Of a stretch of DNA of 64,000 nt, positions 14,110-27,909 are shown piece by piece; the stretch's first letter is position 1; every line of letters starts with the position of its first letter. Source of the stretch: Chrysomallon squamiferum (taxonomy: Eukaryota; Animalia; Mollusca). The stretch is from NCBI GenBank assembly GCA_012295275.1, contig CM022671.1, positions 16,988,001-17,052,000 on the forward strand. Direction: 5' to 3'. The position numbers and the translations under genes were made by a program. The notes beneath the pieces are model-generated. The model worked only from the letters and a program-made list of their open reading frames with translations, did not search any database and was not told where the DNA came from.

Positions 14110-14640
14110 GTATATGCATGTTTGTCTAAAAATCATTTAAAAAATGTAAATAAAATAAACGTACCTTTATTTTTTGTGACTTCATCGTTAATTTTTTTTT
14201 AGATACAGCTGTCACAAAACACGCTGCCATTATCTTTCAACGAGGACTGATTCTCTCTCTTTCTCCCTCTCTATATATACGTGTGCAGTATTGATCAGTA
14301 AAAAAAAAAAAAAAAATTAACAAATTGAAAATATATATATAAAAGACAGCTACACCTGAAATTCTTTTGAAATGATGGCAGAGTTTTAAAACAATCAGTT
14401 GCTCATCAAGGTATTGATTTAAGGAAGAGAAATCTGGTTTGTCAGGAAAAACTGATGTATGAATAATAAAAAAAAAAAAAAAACATGAAATAAAGTATTT
14501 TTATACAGATACCACGCTCAACACTCCCACCCATGGATACATGTACCGGATCTGCCTTTATTTCATGCGTGTGTGATTTTGTGCATTTTTCTACATGTCT
14601 GAGTAAAAACAATTACAACATAATGAAGGAACGTATGTAT
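14110..14640. repeat. Duplicated block, copy 1 (direct repeat of 20230-20760)
   Basis: Colinear matches: tatgcatgtttgt, ttcaac(g/a)aggactgattct, gaaatgatggc, aaacaatcagttgctcat, and an identical 84-nt core at 14484-14567; a further match at 15110-15160 to 20774-20823. Confidence 0.9.
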
Positions 14641-16140
14641 GTTAGCAGTGTTACAGTTATGTGCTTTGTGCAGTCTAGGATTTTCTATTAATCACTGATC
14701 ATTCTCGAGCAGTAGCCGATGGGAAGAGGACCCTCAGAAAATGGCCTGCTGACTGCTCTTAAATAGATTTCTAAGAAAAAGTCTATTTTCATGACATTCT
14801 GCACACATATCCACATGCATCTCCAACATTCTTGCCAAAAAAAAGGGGTAAAATCTGCTTTATAAAGTCATCCAAGTAAAACTTGGCATTTTAGCGAACT
14901 TTTTAAAATTACTGTGTTTATAAACTACATGAATGCTTTTGTTTATATTCTGTTCTCACCAATTTTTCAGTTTTTGTTCAGGTTTCCTTTGGTCTCATTT
15001 TGTTTGTTTTTGGCACCTTAGAGGTGAAGTTTTTCTGTAACATACCTTTTGGTCTCATTTTGTTTGTTATTATATATTTTTGTAACATATGTACATATCT
15101 CATTATTATATCACATTATTTCACATTTCAACTGTTGCTCCTCAGCTCTTCAGATGCTGAGAAGAATAAATTAATGTTCAACATTTTCATCAAAAATACC
15201 TATCTATCAATTAGATATCTTTATAGTGACTATATAAATCAGGTATCCTATTTAATTAGTTGAAATTTAGCATGAAGGAATCTTTCATGTAAACCTTTCC
15301 ATAGACAGGAGAATACAACTGACTTGATAAATCAGTTATGACATTTCTTAGAATTAGTGATGGGAAACAGAAAAATAAAAAAAAAAAATAAAAAAATAAA
15401 AAAATAAAAAATAAAATAATAAAAATAAAAAAAAAAAAAAAAATAATAAAATAAAATAAAAATTATACATATTTTATCAACATCTTGGAAACACAAATTA
15501 AATTCCACAATCTCAAATAATTTCAATTTTACAAACCTTCAATGATGCCATCCTTGATGCAAAATATTTTAAAAATACTTTGCTGTTGAAATTATTTTAT
15601 GTTTCCAGTATTCTCCTTTCTGCTGAACACAGCCATGAAATACAATGACAGAAGTGAACGTACTAAACAGAGTGAGGATATGTTTAGACACACGAGTATC
15701 ATAGTAACTGCATGTTGACCAATAAAGATGTTTAATCAATGGTTTGGCTTTTATAACTCATCATTCACACTATGTATAATTATAAAACATATCAAAGTAC
15801 ACATCTACTCAGTTCATTAAATGAACCTATTTATAGAATATATATATATACACACATACATTTTTGTGTTTACTGTTTTATGATTTGTAATAGAAATAAG
15901 TGGGGAAATATTTAATATTGGTATAGTCTTTATAGTTCATTTGCTCTAACCGTTACAGTACTCTTCACTCAAATTTTAACGTATGATTGTCAATAGCAGA
16001 CAACAACAAAATTAACAAAAACATCCTAAAACAACCTACAACGTCTGCACCAACTACACCAATCAAAAACCACAACTACATCAATCAACAACCACAACTA
16101 CATCAATCAACAGCCCACAACCAGACCAGCTAACAACCCA

Positions 16141-19100
16141 CAAAAACCCACAACTGTACAAATTATGAACCCACTGTAGAACACACCTATACCAATCAAC
16201 AACCCACAACTGTACAAATTATCAACCCACTGTAGAACACAACTATACCAATCAACAACCCACAACTGTACAAATTATCAACACATTGTAGAACACAACT
16301 ATACCAATCAACAACCCACAACTGTACAAATTATCAACCCACTGTAGAACACAACAATACCAATCAACAACCCACAACTGTACAAATTATCAACCCACTG
16401 TAGAACACAACAATACCAATCAACAACCCACAACTGTACAAATTATCAACCCACTGTAGAACACAACTATACCAATCAACAACCCACAACTGTACAAATT
16501 ATCAACCCACCACAGAACACAACTATACCAATCAACAACCCACAACTGTACAAATTATCAACCCACTGTAGAACACAACTATACCAATCAACAACCCACA
16601 ACTGTACAAATTATCAACCCACTGTAGAACACAACTATACCAATCAACAACCCACAACTGTACAAATTATCAACCCACAACCACAACTGTTATCAAACAC
16701 AACTAACTATACCAATCAACAACCCACAACTGTACAAATTATCAACCCACAGTAAACACACAACTATAACCAATCAACAACCCACAACTGTACAAATTAT
16801 CAACCCACAGTAAGAACACAACTATACCAATCAACAACCCTGTACAAATTATCAACCCACTGTAGAACACAAATTATGTACAACCCCACTGTAGAACACA
16901 ACTATACCAATCAACAACCCACAACTGTACAAATTATCAACCCAATCAACAAACTATACCAATCAACAACCCACAACTGTACAAATTATCAACCCACTGT
17001 AGAACACAACTATGTCAAAACACAACTGTACAAATTATCAACCCACAGTAAACACAACATACCAATCAACAACCCACAACTGTACAAATTATCAACCCAC
17101 TGTAGAACACAACTATACCAATCAACAACCCACAACTGTACAAATTATCAACCCACTGTAGAACACAACTATACCAATCAAAAACCCACAACTGTACAAA
17201 TTATCAACCCACAGTAGAACACAACTATACCAATCAACAACCCACAACTGTAAACCCACTGTAGAACACAACTATACAATCAAAACCCACAACTGTACAA
17301 ATTATCAACCCACAGAACACAACTATACCAATCAAACAAATTATCAACCCACAGTAGAAACACAACTATACCAATCAAAACCCACAACTGTATTATCAAC
17401 CCACTGTAGAACACAACTATACCAATCAACCCAAACCCAACCCAACACAACTGTACAAATTATCAACCCACTGTAGAACACAACTATACCAATCAACAAC
17501 CCACAACTGTACAAATTATCAACCCACTGTAGAACACAATATATCAACAACCCAAACTGTACAAATTATCAACCCACTGTACACAACTATACCAATCAAC
17601 AACCCACAACTGTACAAATTATCAACCCACTGTAGAACACAACTATACCAATCAACAACCCACAACTGTACAAATTATCAACCCACAGTAGAACACAACT
17701 ATACCAATCAACAACCCACAACTGTACAAATTATCAACCCACAGTAGAACACAACTATACCAATCAACAACCCACATCAACCCACAGTGTACAAATTATC
17801 AACCCACAGTAAAACACAAACTATACCAATCAACAACCCACAACTGTACAAATTATCAACCCACAGTAAAACACAACTATACCAATCAACAACCCACAAC
17901 TGTACAAATTATCAACCCACAGTAGAACACAACTATACCAATCAACAACCCACAACTGTACAAATTATCAACCCACAGTAGAACACAACTATACCAATCA
18001 ATAACCAACAACAACCCACAACTGTACAAATTATCAACCCACTGTAGAACACAACTATACCAATCAACAACCCACAACTGTACAAATTATCAACCCACTG
18101 TAGAACACAACTATACCAATCAACAACCCACAACTGTACAAATTATCAACCCACTGTAGAACACAACTATACCAATCAATAACCCACAACTGTACAAATT
18201 ATCAACCCACTGTAGAACACAACTATACCAATCAACAACCCACAACTGTACAAATTATCAACCCACTGTAGAACAAACTATAATCAACCCCACAACTGTA
18301 CAAATTATCACCACTGTAGAACACAACTATACCAATCAACAACCCACAACTGTACAAATTATCAACCCACAGTAGAACACAACTATACCAATCAACAACC
18401 CACAACTGTACAAATTATCAACCCACTGTAGAACACAACTATACCAATCAACAACCCACAACTGTACAAATTATCAACCCACTGTAGAACACAACTATAC
18501 CAATCAACAACCCACAACTGTACAAATTATCAACCCACTGTAGAACACAACTATACCAATCAACAACCCACAACTGTACAAATTATCAACCCACTGTAGA
18601 ACACAACTATACCAATCAACAACCCACAACTGTACAAATTATCAACCCACTGAACACAACTATACAAATCATAACCAATCAACAACCCACAACCCACTGT
18701 ACAAATTATACCAATCAACAAAACCCACAACTGTACAAATTATCAACCCACTGTAGAACACAACTATACCAATCAACAACCCACAACTGTACAAATTATC
18801 AACCAACAATACCAATCAATAACCCACAACTGTACAAATTATCAACCCACTGTAGAACACAACTATACCAATCAATAACAACAACCCACAACTGTACAAA
18901 TTATCAACCCAACAACTATACCAATCAACAACCCACAACTGTACAAATTATCAACCCACTGTAGAACACAACTATACCAATCAACAACCCACAACTGTAC
19001 AAATTATCAACCCACTGTAGAACACAACTATACCAATCAACAACCCACAACTGTACAAATTATCAACCCACAGTAGAACACAACTATACCAATCAACAAC

Positions 19101-19772
19101 CCACAACTGTACAAATTATCAACCCACAGTAGAACACAACTATACCAATCAACAACCCACAACTGTACAAATTATCAACCCACTGTAGAACACAACTATA
19201 CCAATCAACAACCCACAACTGTACAAATTATCAACCCACTGTAGAACCCAACAACCCACAACTGTACAAATTATCAACCCACTAACTATACCAATCAACA
19301 ACCCACAACTGTACAAATTATCAACCCACAGTAAAACACAACTATATCAATCAATAACCCACAACTGTACAAATTATCAACCCACTGTAGAACACAACTA
19401 TACCAATCAACAACCCACAACTGTACAAATTATCAACCCACAGTAGAACACAACTATACCAATCAACAACCCACAACTGTACAAATTATCTACCCACTGT
19501 AGAACACACCTATACCAATCAACAACACACAACAACACACAACTGTACCAATTATCAACCCACTGTAGAACACAACTATACCAATCAACAACCCACAACT
19601 GTACAAATTATCAACCCACTGTAGAACACAACTATACCAATCAACAACCCACAACTGTACAAATTATCAACCCACTGTAGAACACAACTATACCAATCAA
19701 CAACCCACAACACACAACTGTACAAATTATCAACCCACTGTAGAACACAACTATACCAATCAACAACCCACA
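16141..19772. repeat. 56-bp minisatellite, roughly 65 units, consensus ACCAATCAACAACCCACAACTGTACAAATTATCAACCCACTGTAGAACACAACTAT
   Basis: Head-to-tail units with 56-bp period (e.g. 16191, 16247); many perfect copies with interspersed internally deleted units; no unique spacers. Confidence 0.97.
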
Positions 19773-20085
19773 ATCCCCACAACCACATCCACGTTAACAA
19801 ATCACTACTACACCAACCATCAACAAAATATAAGCTACATCAGCACACAACCCCCACAACCACATCAACTTTAACAAATCACAACTATACCAACCATCAA
19901 CAAAAACAACAATACACACAACTGCACCAAATACCAACACCAACTACACCAATATCAACAACAAAACTACAAACAACTGCACCAACTATAATCAACAACA
20001 ACACAGTTACATAAAACAATACCAACTATCAACAACAACAACAAAATAACATAATTATATCAATCAGAAACACTGTGGCTCCACC

Positions 20086-20130
<45 letters not shown>

Positions 20131-20229
20131 CCACAAAGATTTACACATGTACATATATATATATATACACCCACCTATACATACATATTAAACACACACA
20201 CACAGTCCCACCAATCACCCACTCAAAAA

Positions 20230-20760
20230 ATATGCATGTTTGTGTCTAAGCATCATATTAAAAATATAAGTAATATAGACATACCTTAATATTTTATGAG
20301 ATCATCGCTATTTTTTTTTTTTTTTTTAAGTTTTTTTTAAAAATACAACATTAATATAATTTACTGGCATTATCATTCAACAAGGACTGATTCTGTGTGT
20401 GTGTGTGTGCGTGCGTGTGTGTGTGTGTGTGTTTTATTGATCTGCTAAAACAGTCTATAAAAGCTATATATAAAATAAAATTATTTTGAAATGATGGCGG
20501 AGGTTTAAAACAATCAGTTGCTCATTAAGTTATTGATTTAAAAAGAGAAATCTGGTTTATCAGGAAAAACTGATGTATGACTAAGAAAAAAACCCCACAT
20601 GAAATAAAGTATTTTTATACAGATACCACGCTCAACACTCCCACCCATGGATACATGTACCGGATCTGCCTTTATTTCATGTGTGTGTGATTGTTAGCAT
20701 GTTTATACAAGGTCGGAGTATATACATACAATTATAATGCAATTAAGGAATGTGTATGTG
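20230..20760. repeat. Duplicated block, copy 2 (direct repeat of 14110-14640)
   Basis: See copy 1; identical core at 20598-20681. Confidence 0.9.
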
Positions 20761-21758
20761 TATAATGTAAATATCACATTATTTCACATTTCGACATCTG
20801 CTCCTTGACTCTTCAAATGCTGATGTGTCCTGCATTTTTTAAGAATAAATACAGTATTTTTAAATGAAAATTTTGAATATTATTAATCACAGATTTCTTT
20901 ACAGTGACTATATGATTATATCTATACAAAAATTAATTACCTATAACTTTAGCCAAAACATTTTTATTTCATGCAATTTTTTTAAGCTCCAGATTGGGTT
21001 TTTCATTCATAAATTCCTAATTATTTTAAGAGATCAGTTTAAAAAAGAAAAAAAGAAGAAAATAAAATAAGGACAGTTATAATTCCAAGATGAAACTTAG
21101 TCACAACTATTTACTATGTTAAATTTGAACGCTGTACACCAAACATTGCTACAGTAAGAAAAGTTAATTCTTATTCCACAAAACTATTAGAAAATGTTTC
21201 TGATTTCAAATAATTTGAAAGCTTTTTTTTTTTTTTTTTTTTTATGTTCAGCTGCTGGTTACCAAGTTAACCTCTAGGTCAAACATAGCTACTGTAAGGA
21301 AACCTTTATTATTTTCTTCCCTTTAACACCAAATCATTTCCTAGAGATGAGCCTCTTTGACCATATATCTATGATTTAATTTGAATTCATTTATTGTATA
21401 TGTCTTTCTCGCAGACTTCGCGTGCATTTATCCTGTTCTTCTGTCACCACATTAACTGGTGAAGGAAAGAAAGAAAAAATTCATTATTAATAAATCTAAA
21501 CAAAAATACACAGAGTACATGTACGAGTACTTAAAAGACAAATTAAAAATAGAAAAAAAAAATTTAAAAAGAAAAAGAATACACGTAGAAGTGTTTCAAA
21601 GAATGCTTCTAGTTATATACAGAACGTTTCTCAGATTTCAGTTGTAACTCGTACTGAAATGGACAGAGAGGTGTGCGCCACAAAATTTAAAAAGTAGCCG
21701 ATAGAGGATCGATTTACTACGAAGCCTGCCAGATTCTAAACAAGATTTTTCTTGCTTT

Positions 21759-21761
<3 letters not shown>

Positions 21762-21836
<75 letters not shown>
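21762..21836. repeat. (CT)n microsatellite
   Basis: Perfect ct run. Confidence 0.95.
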
Positions 21837-21838
<2 letters not shown>

Positions 21839-21988
21839 AAATTATTAAATAAGACACTTTTCTGGAACTGTTTGTTAAACCTGGTTAAGCCAGATAGACC
21901 GCTGAACTGCTCTGTGTTTACAAAACGTCTCTAACAGTCAGTCGTTGATCGGAAGCATTTTTAAATCACTCACAAGATACTAACAACA

Positions 21989-22025
<37 letters not shown>

Positions 22026-23924
22026 ACATGTGCATATAATAAACACACACACACACGCACATGGAATGGTGTACACAATTAAAAATAATTTTAAATCATT
22101 AATGGTTTTGTAACCTCTGTGAATCGACACCTAAGACTCGAACCGATTTCAAGCTATATTCCAACATTTTTTTGTTTTTCATATTTTTTTTAGAAATATT
22201 TTGAGCAGTTAATACATTTTCATTTTGCAAGTAGTTATGTTTTCGGCTTTTTCATCAGAAACATTTACTACAATTTCTATCCCAGGCTATTTAAATAATC
22301 CCACAGTGACAAACCTTTCAGTTGAAGCTGACGGGTCGGTAGATCGGTTAACACATTTTTTAAAAAAATTTGACAATAGTGCAGCTCGCCACGATGCTTG
22401 GCTTTAAATCTATCCAGCAACATTTTTAACAGGATTTTCTGAATTACATGTGAGTTATTTCCTCTGCAGTACTCATGTAATCGTTTAGAAGTTTGCATCA
22501 CTCTAGAAACATACTTAGACACAGAGTTTTAACTTTGTAAATTTGGGCTTGAAAAAATGGCCTGGTACCTTTCATCTGTTCCTATAAACTTTTTTTGTTT
22601 TAATATTTCTTTGGTTGTTGAGGACGTTTTAAATTTCATACTTTTGATTTATTCATAAATTGCATTCAACTTCGTTTAATAGATACCATTCTGATTTATG
22701 TTTTTATTATTATTATTATTTTTATTCTTCTTCTTCTTCTTCTTCTTCTTATTATTGTTATTATTCTTCTTCTTATTCTTCTTCTTCTTCTTCTTATTAT
22801 TATTATTATTATTACATTTGTTTTTGTTATGAAATATCATACTTTTAAGCTGATAACGTCAATGATACTGATTAATTCTAAATGAAAAGAAAGTTAAAAA
22901 TAAATTATGTTCCAAAATGGTGAATAGATATTTAGTAAGTGAACTGAAAAATACATTATGAAAGTGGTTGGATCTTTTAGTATAATTAAAATGATTTCCA
23001 GACTTACGAATGTAATTAAAACCAAGATCAGAAGAAAAAAAAAATACAAAGTTGCCGCCCATCTGCCACTTGTATTAAGAAAGTAAATTAACAAAAAAAT
23101 CAAAATATTTTATTATTATTTTTTAAAACGTAGGATTTGTAATTTAAAACATTTATCTTCAAAGTATTTTTTATTAATTTTTATTATACCCTTTCCAACA
23201 AATTTTTTTCAAAGATGTGAGCAAAATAACAAAAATTTAATTTAAAAATGTATTTCACACTCAGAATGAACAATGATATTGTAATTTAAACATTTATCAT
23301 TTCATTTTATTTTTTATTATTTTACAATATTATTATTTTTTTTTTTCAATGAAAAATAATAATTATATATTTCACCTTCCATTTTGGCTGTCACAGAGAA
23401 AAACAATTGATATTTGTTGACGAAAAGAGAACACAATTTTAAAATAAATACCAATGGACAAGTTATCTTATACATATATCTAAAAAGTTATCAATCAAAA
23501 TTTTGAAAGCACTGTTTTTGATTTTGTTTTTTACCTGCAAATAAAAATAAACTAAACCAGAGAAACATTTTGTTAACCGAGTTGTTTTTTTTCAGTTCAG
23601 AGATAATAGATCTTAAAAGAAATATATCAGAATAATAATAATATTTGTGTATAAGTGGGATGAGGAATTTTTAAAAAACAAGAGCTTCTTTTAACATGTA
23701 GCCAAGTTGATAAATGTAAACAGACAGAAATAGGTTTATAATGAATCAGAGTATGTAGTGTGAGGGTTGGAGGAAATACAAATATATAAATATTGTAATA
23801 ATGACTAAACGTTTTAATTAATAAACTAAACTATTTCACTGCAGTTTCACACTTCACTGAAATCAAAGAATACGTTTTCATACTTCAGCACTAAAAACAG
23901 ACAATCTTATAAATGTTGCAAATA

Positions 23925-23930
23925 TTTATT
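23925..23930 (-). promoter_or_regulatory. Polyadenylation signal AATAAA of Cys-rich peptide gene A
   Basis: AATAAA about 70 nt after the stop; same position conserved in gene B (30605-30610), AATACA variant in gene C. Confidence 0.55.
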
Positions 23931-23998
23931 GTCATTAAAATTAGATTGTATAAATCCGAAAGTGAGATTTTCAACTGATTGAAATTGAGATTTTCGGG

Positions 23999-24265
23999 TC
24001 ATCCAGTAAGTGGGCGCTTACATTCGAACTTGGGGGGCTGTGTTTTATCCGAGTGACATTCTAGTCCAGGCTTGCATGGGCAGAGGTTCTGCATGTGACA
24101 CGGTTCATTCTCCACACGATATAGGTCGCATGTTGCAAGTGCACCAGCATGCCCATTGTTGTTACAGCAGGTACCTTCACCACATTCAGAATTGTGTCTA
24201 CAGATATCTCCAAAACTTCCGACTCTTTCATGTGATCTTTTCACTGTGATGTCTAAAGTAATCAC
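23999..24265 (-). CDS. Secreted 10-Cys prokineticin/colipase-fold peptide A, exon 2 (99 aa precursor)
   Basis: Acceptor ctttcattcatttgaag|GTG; VITLDITVKR-SHERVGSFGDICRHNSECGEGTCCNNNGHAGALATCDLYRVENEPCHMQNLCPCKPGLECHSDKTQPPKFECKRPLTG*; Cys spacing C-x5-C-x4-CC-x11-C-x9-C-x5-CPC-x5-C-x12-C. Confidence 0.9.
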   Translation of the reverse strand: MITLDITVKRSHERVGSFGDICRHNSECGEGTCCNNNGHAGALATCDLYRVENEPCHMQNLCPCKPGLECHSDKTQPPKFECKRPLTG

Positions 24266-25320
24266 CTTCAAATGAATGAAAGAGTATTTGTTTCGACACA
24301 CACACTGGATATTATTAGATTGTTTGTATCAAAAATTATTAGATGCTAAACCAGTAGATTACATTGAACATTAGTTGGTGGCTAAATCTATAAATATTTT
24401 TCACATAATGACATTAAGAAAGGAATCCTGATTCTGTAAGGAAACAGATAGCACGACATATTTTAAACACAACATAACATTGGTGTATAACTGCAGCATA
24501 ATTATGGTTTACTTGTACCAGAATGAATTAATAAATATTTAACAACGTCTAGCATGAACATCAGATCAGTTATTGGGTATCAGAAAGAAGTATGGAAATC
24601 CTTAATGTAAAATTAAAGAGTCAGATAATATAAAAAATTTCGAAAGTTTATAAAACCACAACGTAAAGAGCTGTACAAAATATAATCATTATATTTCATA
24701 TAAGTTTACGATTTAATTCAAAAAGAAGATTTGTTTACAAAATTTGGGTGGATTGTAAACAGTTTCACCCATATCATATTTATGAAATGTTTCCTAGTTT
24801 ACTGTTGTCAGCACTTAGAGATGTTTTATAAGCACCACCCCATAAACAGCATGAAAAATGTGCAGATTTATCAAACAATGTACTCCAGTGGTGGATAAAT
24901 GAAATGAGTTAAATATTTTCTTTGAATCATATTCTTATGTGTTTAGTATTTACTAATGAACGTATATAGAAGCAATAAAAAAAAGAAAAAAAAAAAAAAA
25001 AATTAAATAAATAAATAAAAAGAGAAAAAAAAAGAAAAAAAAAAGAAAAGCAAATAAATGTACGGAAAATAAAATGGAAAGATTATATATCATCAGAATT
25101 AAAACAATGGCAAAAGGAAGAGATAAACTTGAACAAAATAAATAAATAAATAAATAAATAATATTTTCTTCATTTTATTTATTTTATTTTATATTTTATT
25201 ATTATTATTATTTTTTTTTTATAATACCAACAAAAATCAGCTTAACTTAAAAATAATCGAAATAGAGTTAAATAAACTTTACGTTTAATAGTAATTTCTG
25301 TGTAACTATTTGGTACATAC

Positions 25321-25353
25321 CACAGAGAAAATGGCCAGAGAGAGAAATTTCAT
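25321..25353 (-). CDS. Peptide A exon 1, signal peptide MKFLSLAIFSV
   Basis: ctacaATGAAATTT...TCTGTG|gtatgt, phase 0, joins exon 2 in frame; conserved in all paralogs. Confidence 0.88.
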
Positions 25354-26547
25354 TGTAGAATGTTCCAGTATTCCTATCACTGATAAAATTAGAAGTGGCT
25401 TGAATATATATGCATACACACACACACACGATCAAATAACATTATGTATATTTTAGCAGTTGTTCATACAATATTTCCTAACCATTTAGAACAAAATTTT
25501 GTCATTTTATGATAATAAAAAAGTATCAAAAAAGGATTTTATGCTGCCATAACATTTCCAAAGTTTATAATTTAAATTCATAATAATTAAACTTGTCGAA
25601 TCTAAGGTTTATGTAATCTATCAAAGTAAGTCCGTAGTTATGTTCATAATCAGTTATTCATAAAAAAAAAGAAAAAAAAAAAGGATTAAGGTTAAAGAAA
25701 CAAAGAAACATTCAACGTAACCAGTTGTTCTGACGTTCAGGAATTATAACATCTTTATTTTTCTTCTGAGTATTAATTTTTACGCGTATGACCAACTGTT
25801 ATTTTTGTATTTATGTTGTACAAGGATAATACAAAAATGAGAAATGCTACGAAATTCCACGGGGTCACGGACAAAAGACTGTTTTATACTCGTCACGTTG
25901 TGCACTAACTTAGGGACATCGCAGATCTTTCAAACATCAACTAGAAGACGATTTAAAGAGAAAAGGAAAAACGTTTTATTCGTCGAATGTTTGCGAATGG
26001 TATGAAAAAAAAAGAAGAAGACATAAACAACTGTAAAACTGAGACAGACACACAGATATATTTATCCACGTGATGCGTATGTATGTTTGCGTGTCTGTAT
26101 GCGTGCGTATGTGTGTGTGCCTGTCTGTGCGTGCGCATATGTGTATGTGCCTGTCTGTGCATGTGCTTATGTGTGTTAACGCGTGTGTGCGCATATATAT
26201 ATATATTGTATGTGTGCGTGGTTATATGTATACATACATACAGACAGACATACATACATACCTACATACATACAGACATACATACATGCATGCATACATA
26301 CATACGTACGTGTGTGTGTGTCCCAGAGATTCGACTTCTATCGCACAAGAAAACTAAAGAGTTATAAAATATTGTTGAATCGGTGCAATTTTGAAAAATG
26401 TGTTCCGATATCGTAATACATAATTACTGGCGTACAGAAAATGACAGTTACTTTGTACATCAGAGAAAAATAAGTCAAAACAAAGATTCCTATCTTGATC
26501 AACTTTCTAGAGTATTCTTGGAAAACTCTAATACGTTTTGTTCTTGG

Positions 26548-26583
<36 letters not shown>

Positions 26584-27909
26584 TACCTTATAAAATTCCT
26601 ACACCTGTAGTAAGCCATTTGTTTTGGGTTCACTGTTACAGTGAGTAACATTTAAAAAAACAAATCTATGAAGGAGAAATGAAATATTTATTAAGGAAAG
26701 ATAAGAATTTTTAGAAAATATTTAAACTATGTTTAAATGGGTCTTTTGGACAGATATAACGACAGCATAACGGATATCTGTTAACTGTCACTATTTCATT
26801 TGCTAGTAACAAAACAAGTAAATGTTTTTATCAATACAAAGCAGGCACTAAATTTATTTAACAACAATTTCTAAGTCATCTGATATTGTTCAGTACCTTG
26901 CTCATAAAGAACACAAAAAACATTCTCAAAAACATTGCTGGTTACCAAGTTAAACTTGAACCTTTAGGTCAAACATAGCTACTGTAAGGAAACCTTTATT
27001 ATTTTCTTCCCTTTAACTCCAAATCCTTTCCTCTTTGCCCATACATCTATGATTTAATTTGAATTCATTTATTTTATATGTCTTTCTCACCGTCTTCGCG
27101 TGCATTTCTCCTTTTCTTCCGTCATTACATTAACTGGTGAAAGAAATAAATCTAAACAAAATTTTGAAAAGAAAAAAATGCAGAAATACATATACAAGTA
27201 GTTAAATAATACTACTAATAAAATTCTAGACAATTAACATTTTACACACAGTGTTAAATGTGAAACAATCCCAAGTTTCAAATACATTGTTATAACCATC
27301 ATGGATGAAATTCTATCACATTTATATTTCATTTCATTATTATTTTGCTTAATGTTTCTTTAATTAGTGTTTAACTTTATTATTCCTCTCTCGAAATGCT
27401 ATTAACAATACGATCACCTGTGTAATATTATGAAAATGAACGGCATCACTCACTAACGACAGACCGTACATTGAATTTGTACATCCATTTTCAATAAACT
27501 TCTTGTTCACATTTTCAATCCCTCTTCACACAATGGCTTCAGGATGAAGGCTAACAAAAGACAAAGATTAAAAGAACTGAAAGTGTTAATAGGGTCCACA
27601 TTTCAATAACCTCCTAGACGTATAGTAAACCTTTCGTTTTGGATTCACTATTACAGTGAGTAAGATTTTTTTTTTTTTTTTTATATTCTGTGAAAGGAAA
27701 AATGAAATGTTAAGTAAGGAAAGGGAAGAATTTTTAGAAAAATTTTAAAGTTATCCTCAAAAGATTTTTTTTTTTTTTAAAAGATATGTAAACATGATAA
27801 CAGATATCTGCTAGTTGTCACTATGTCTCATTGCCCAAGATTAGTTCTAAAACAAGTTTAATGAAAAAATGTCTGATGATCTACTATTCTACAGGAACAG
27901 TGATTTCAT

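Larger units (their letters stand above)
21601..26820 (-). repeat. Left arm of inverted segmental duplication (partner 57135-63626)
   Basis: Reverse-complement colinearity, e.g. 21601 gaatgcttctag with 63626; 22277-22522 and 62770-62991 give near-identical conceptual translations; 26800 tgctagtaacaaaacaag with 57135-57152. Confidence 0.93.

Noticed and set aside
16141-19772. CRISPR array or repetitive protein-coding exon
   Set aside because: Units are contiguous with no unique spacers, no cas genes, eukaryotic context; 56 is not a multiple of 3 and each unit carries a TAG, so frames close within about three units.
22277-22522. ORF similar to 62770..62991, suggesting a conserved small protein
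   Set aside because: Similarity is explained by the inverted duplication; the frames diverge through indels and both begin at non-ATG codons.
24010-24249. Plus-strand ORF overlapping peptide A (likewise 41188-41415, 43295-43483, 45673-45897)
   Set aside because: Antisense or alternate-frame shadows of real exons.
25953-26416. Several overlapping His/Thr or Cys/Val-rich ORFs (also 13892-14202, 57809-58279, 3487-3747)
   Set aside because: Products of (CA)n/(TG)n/(TACA)n tracts.
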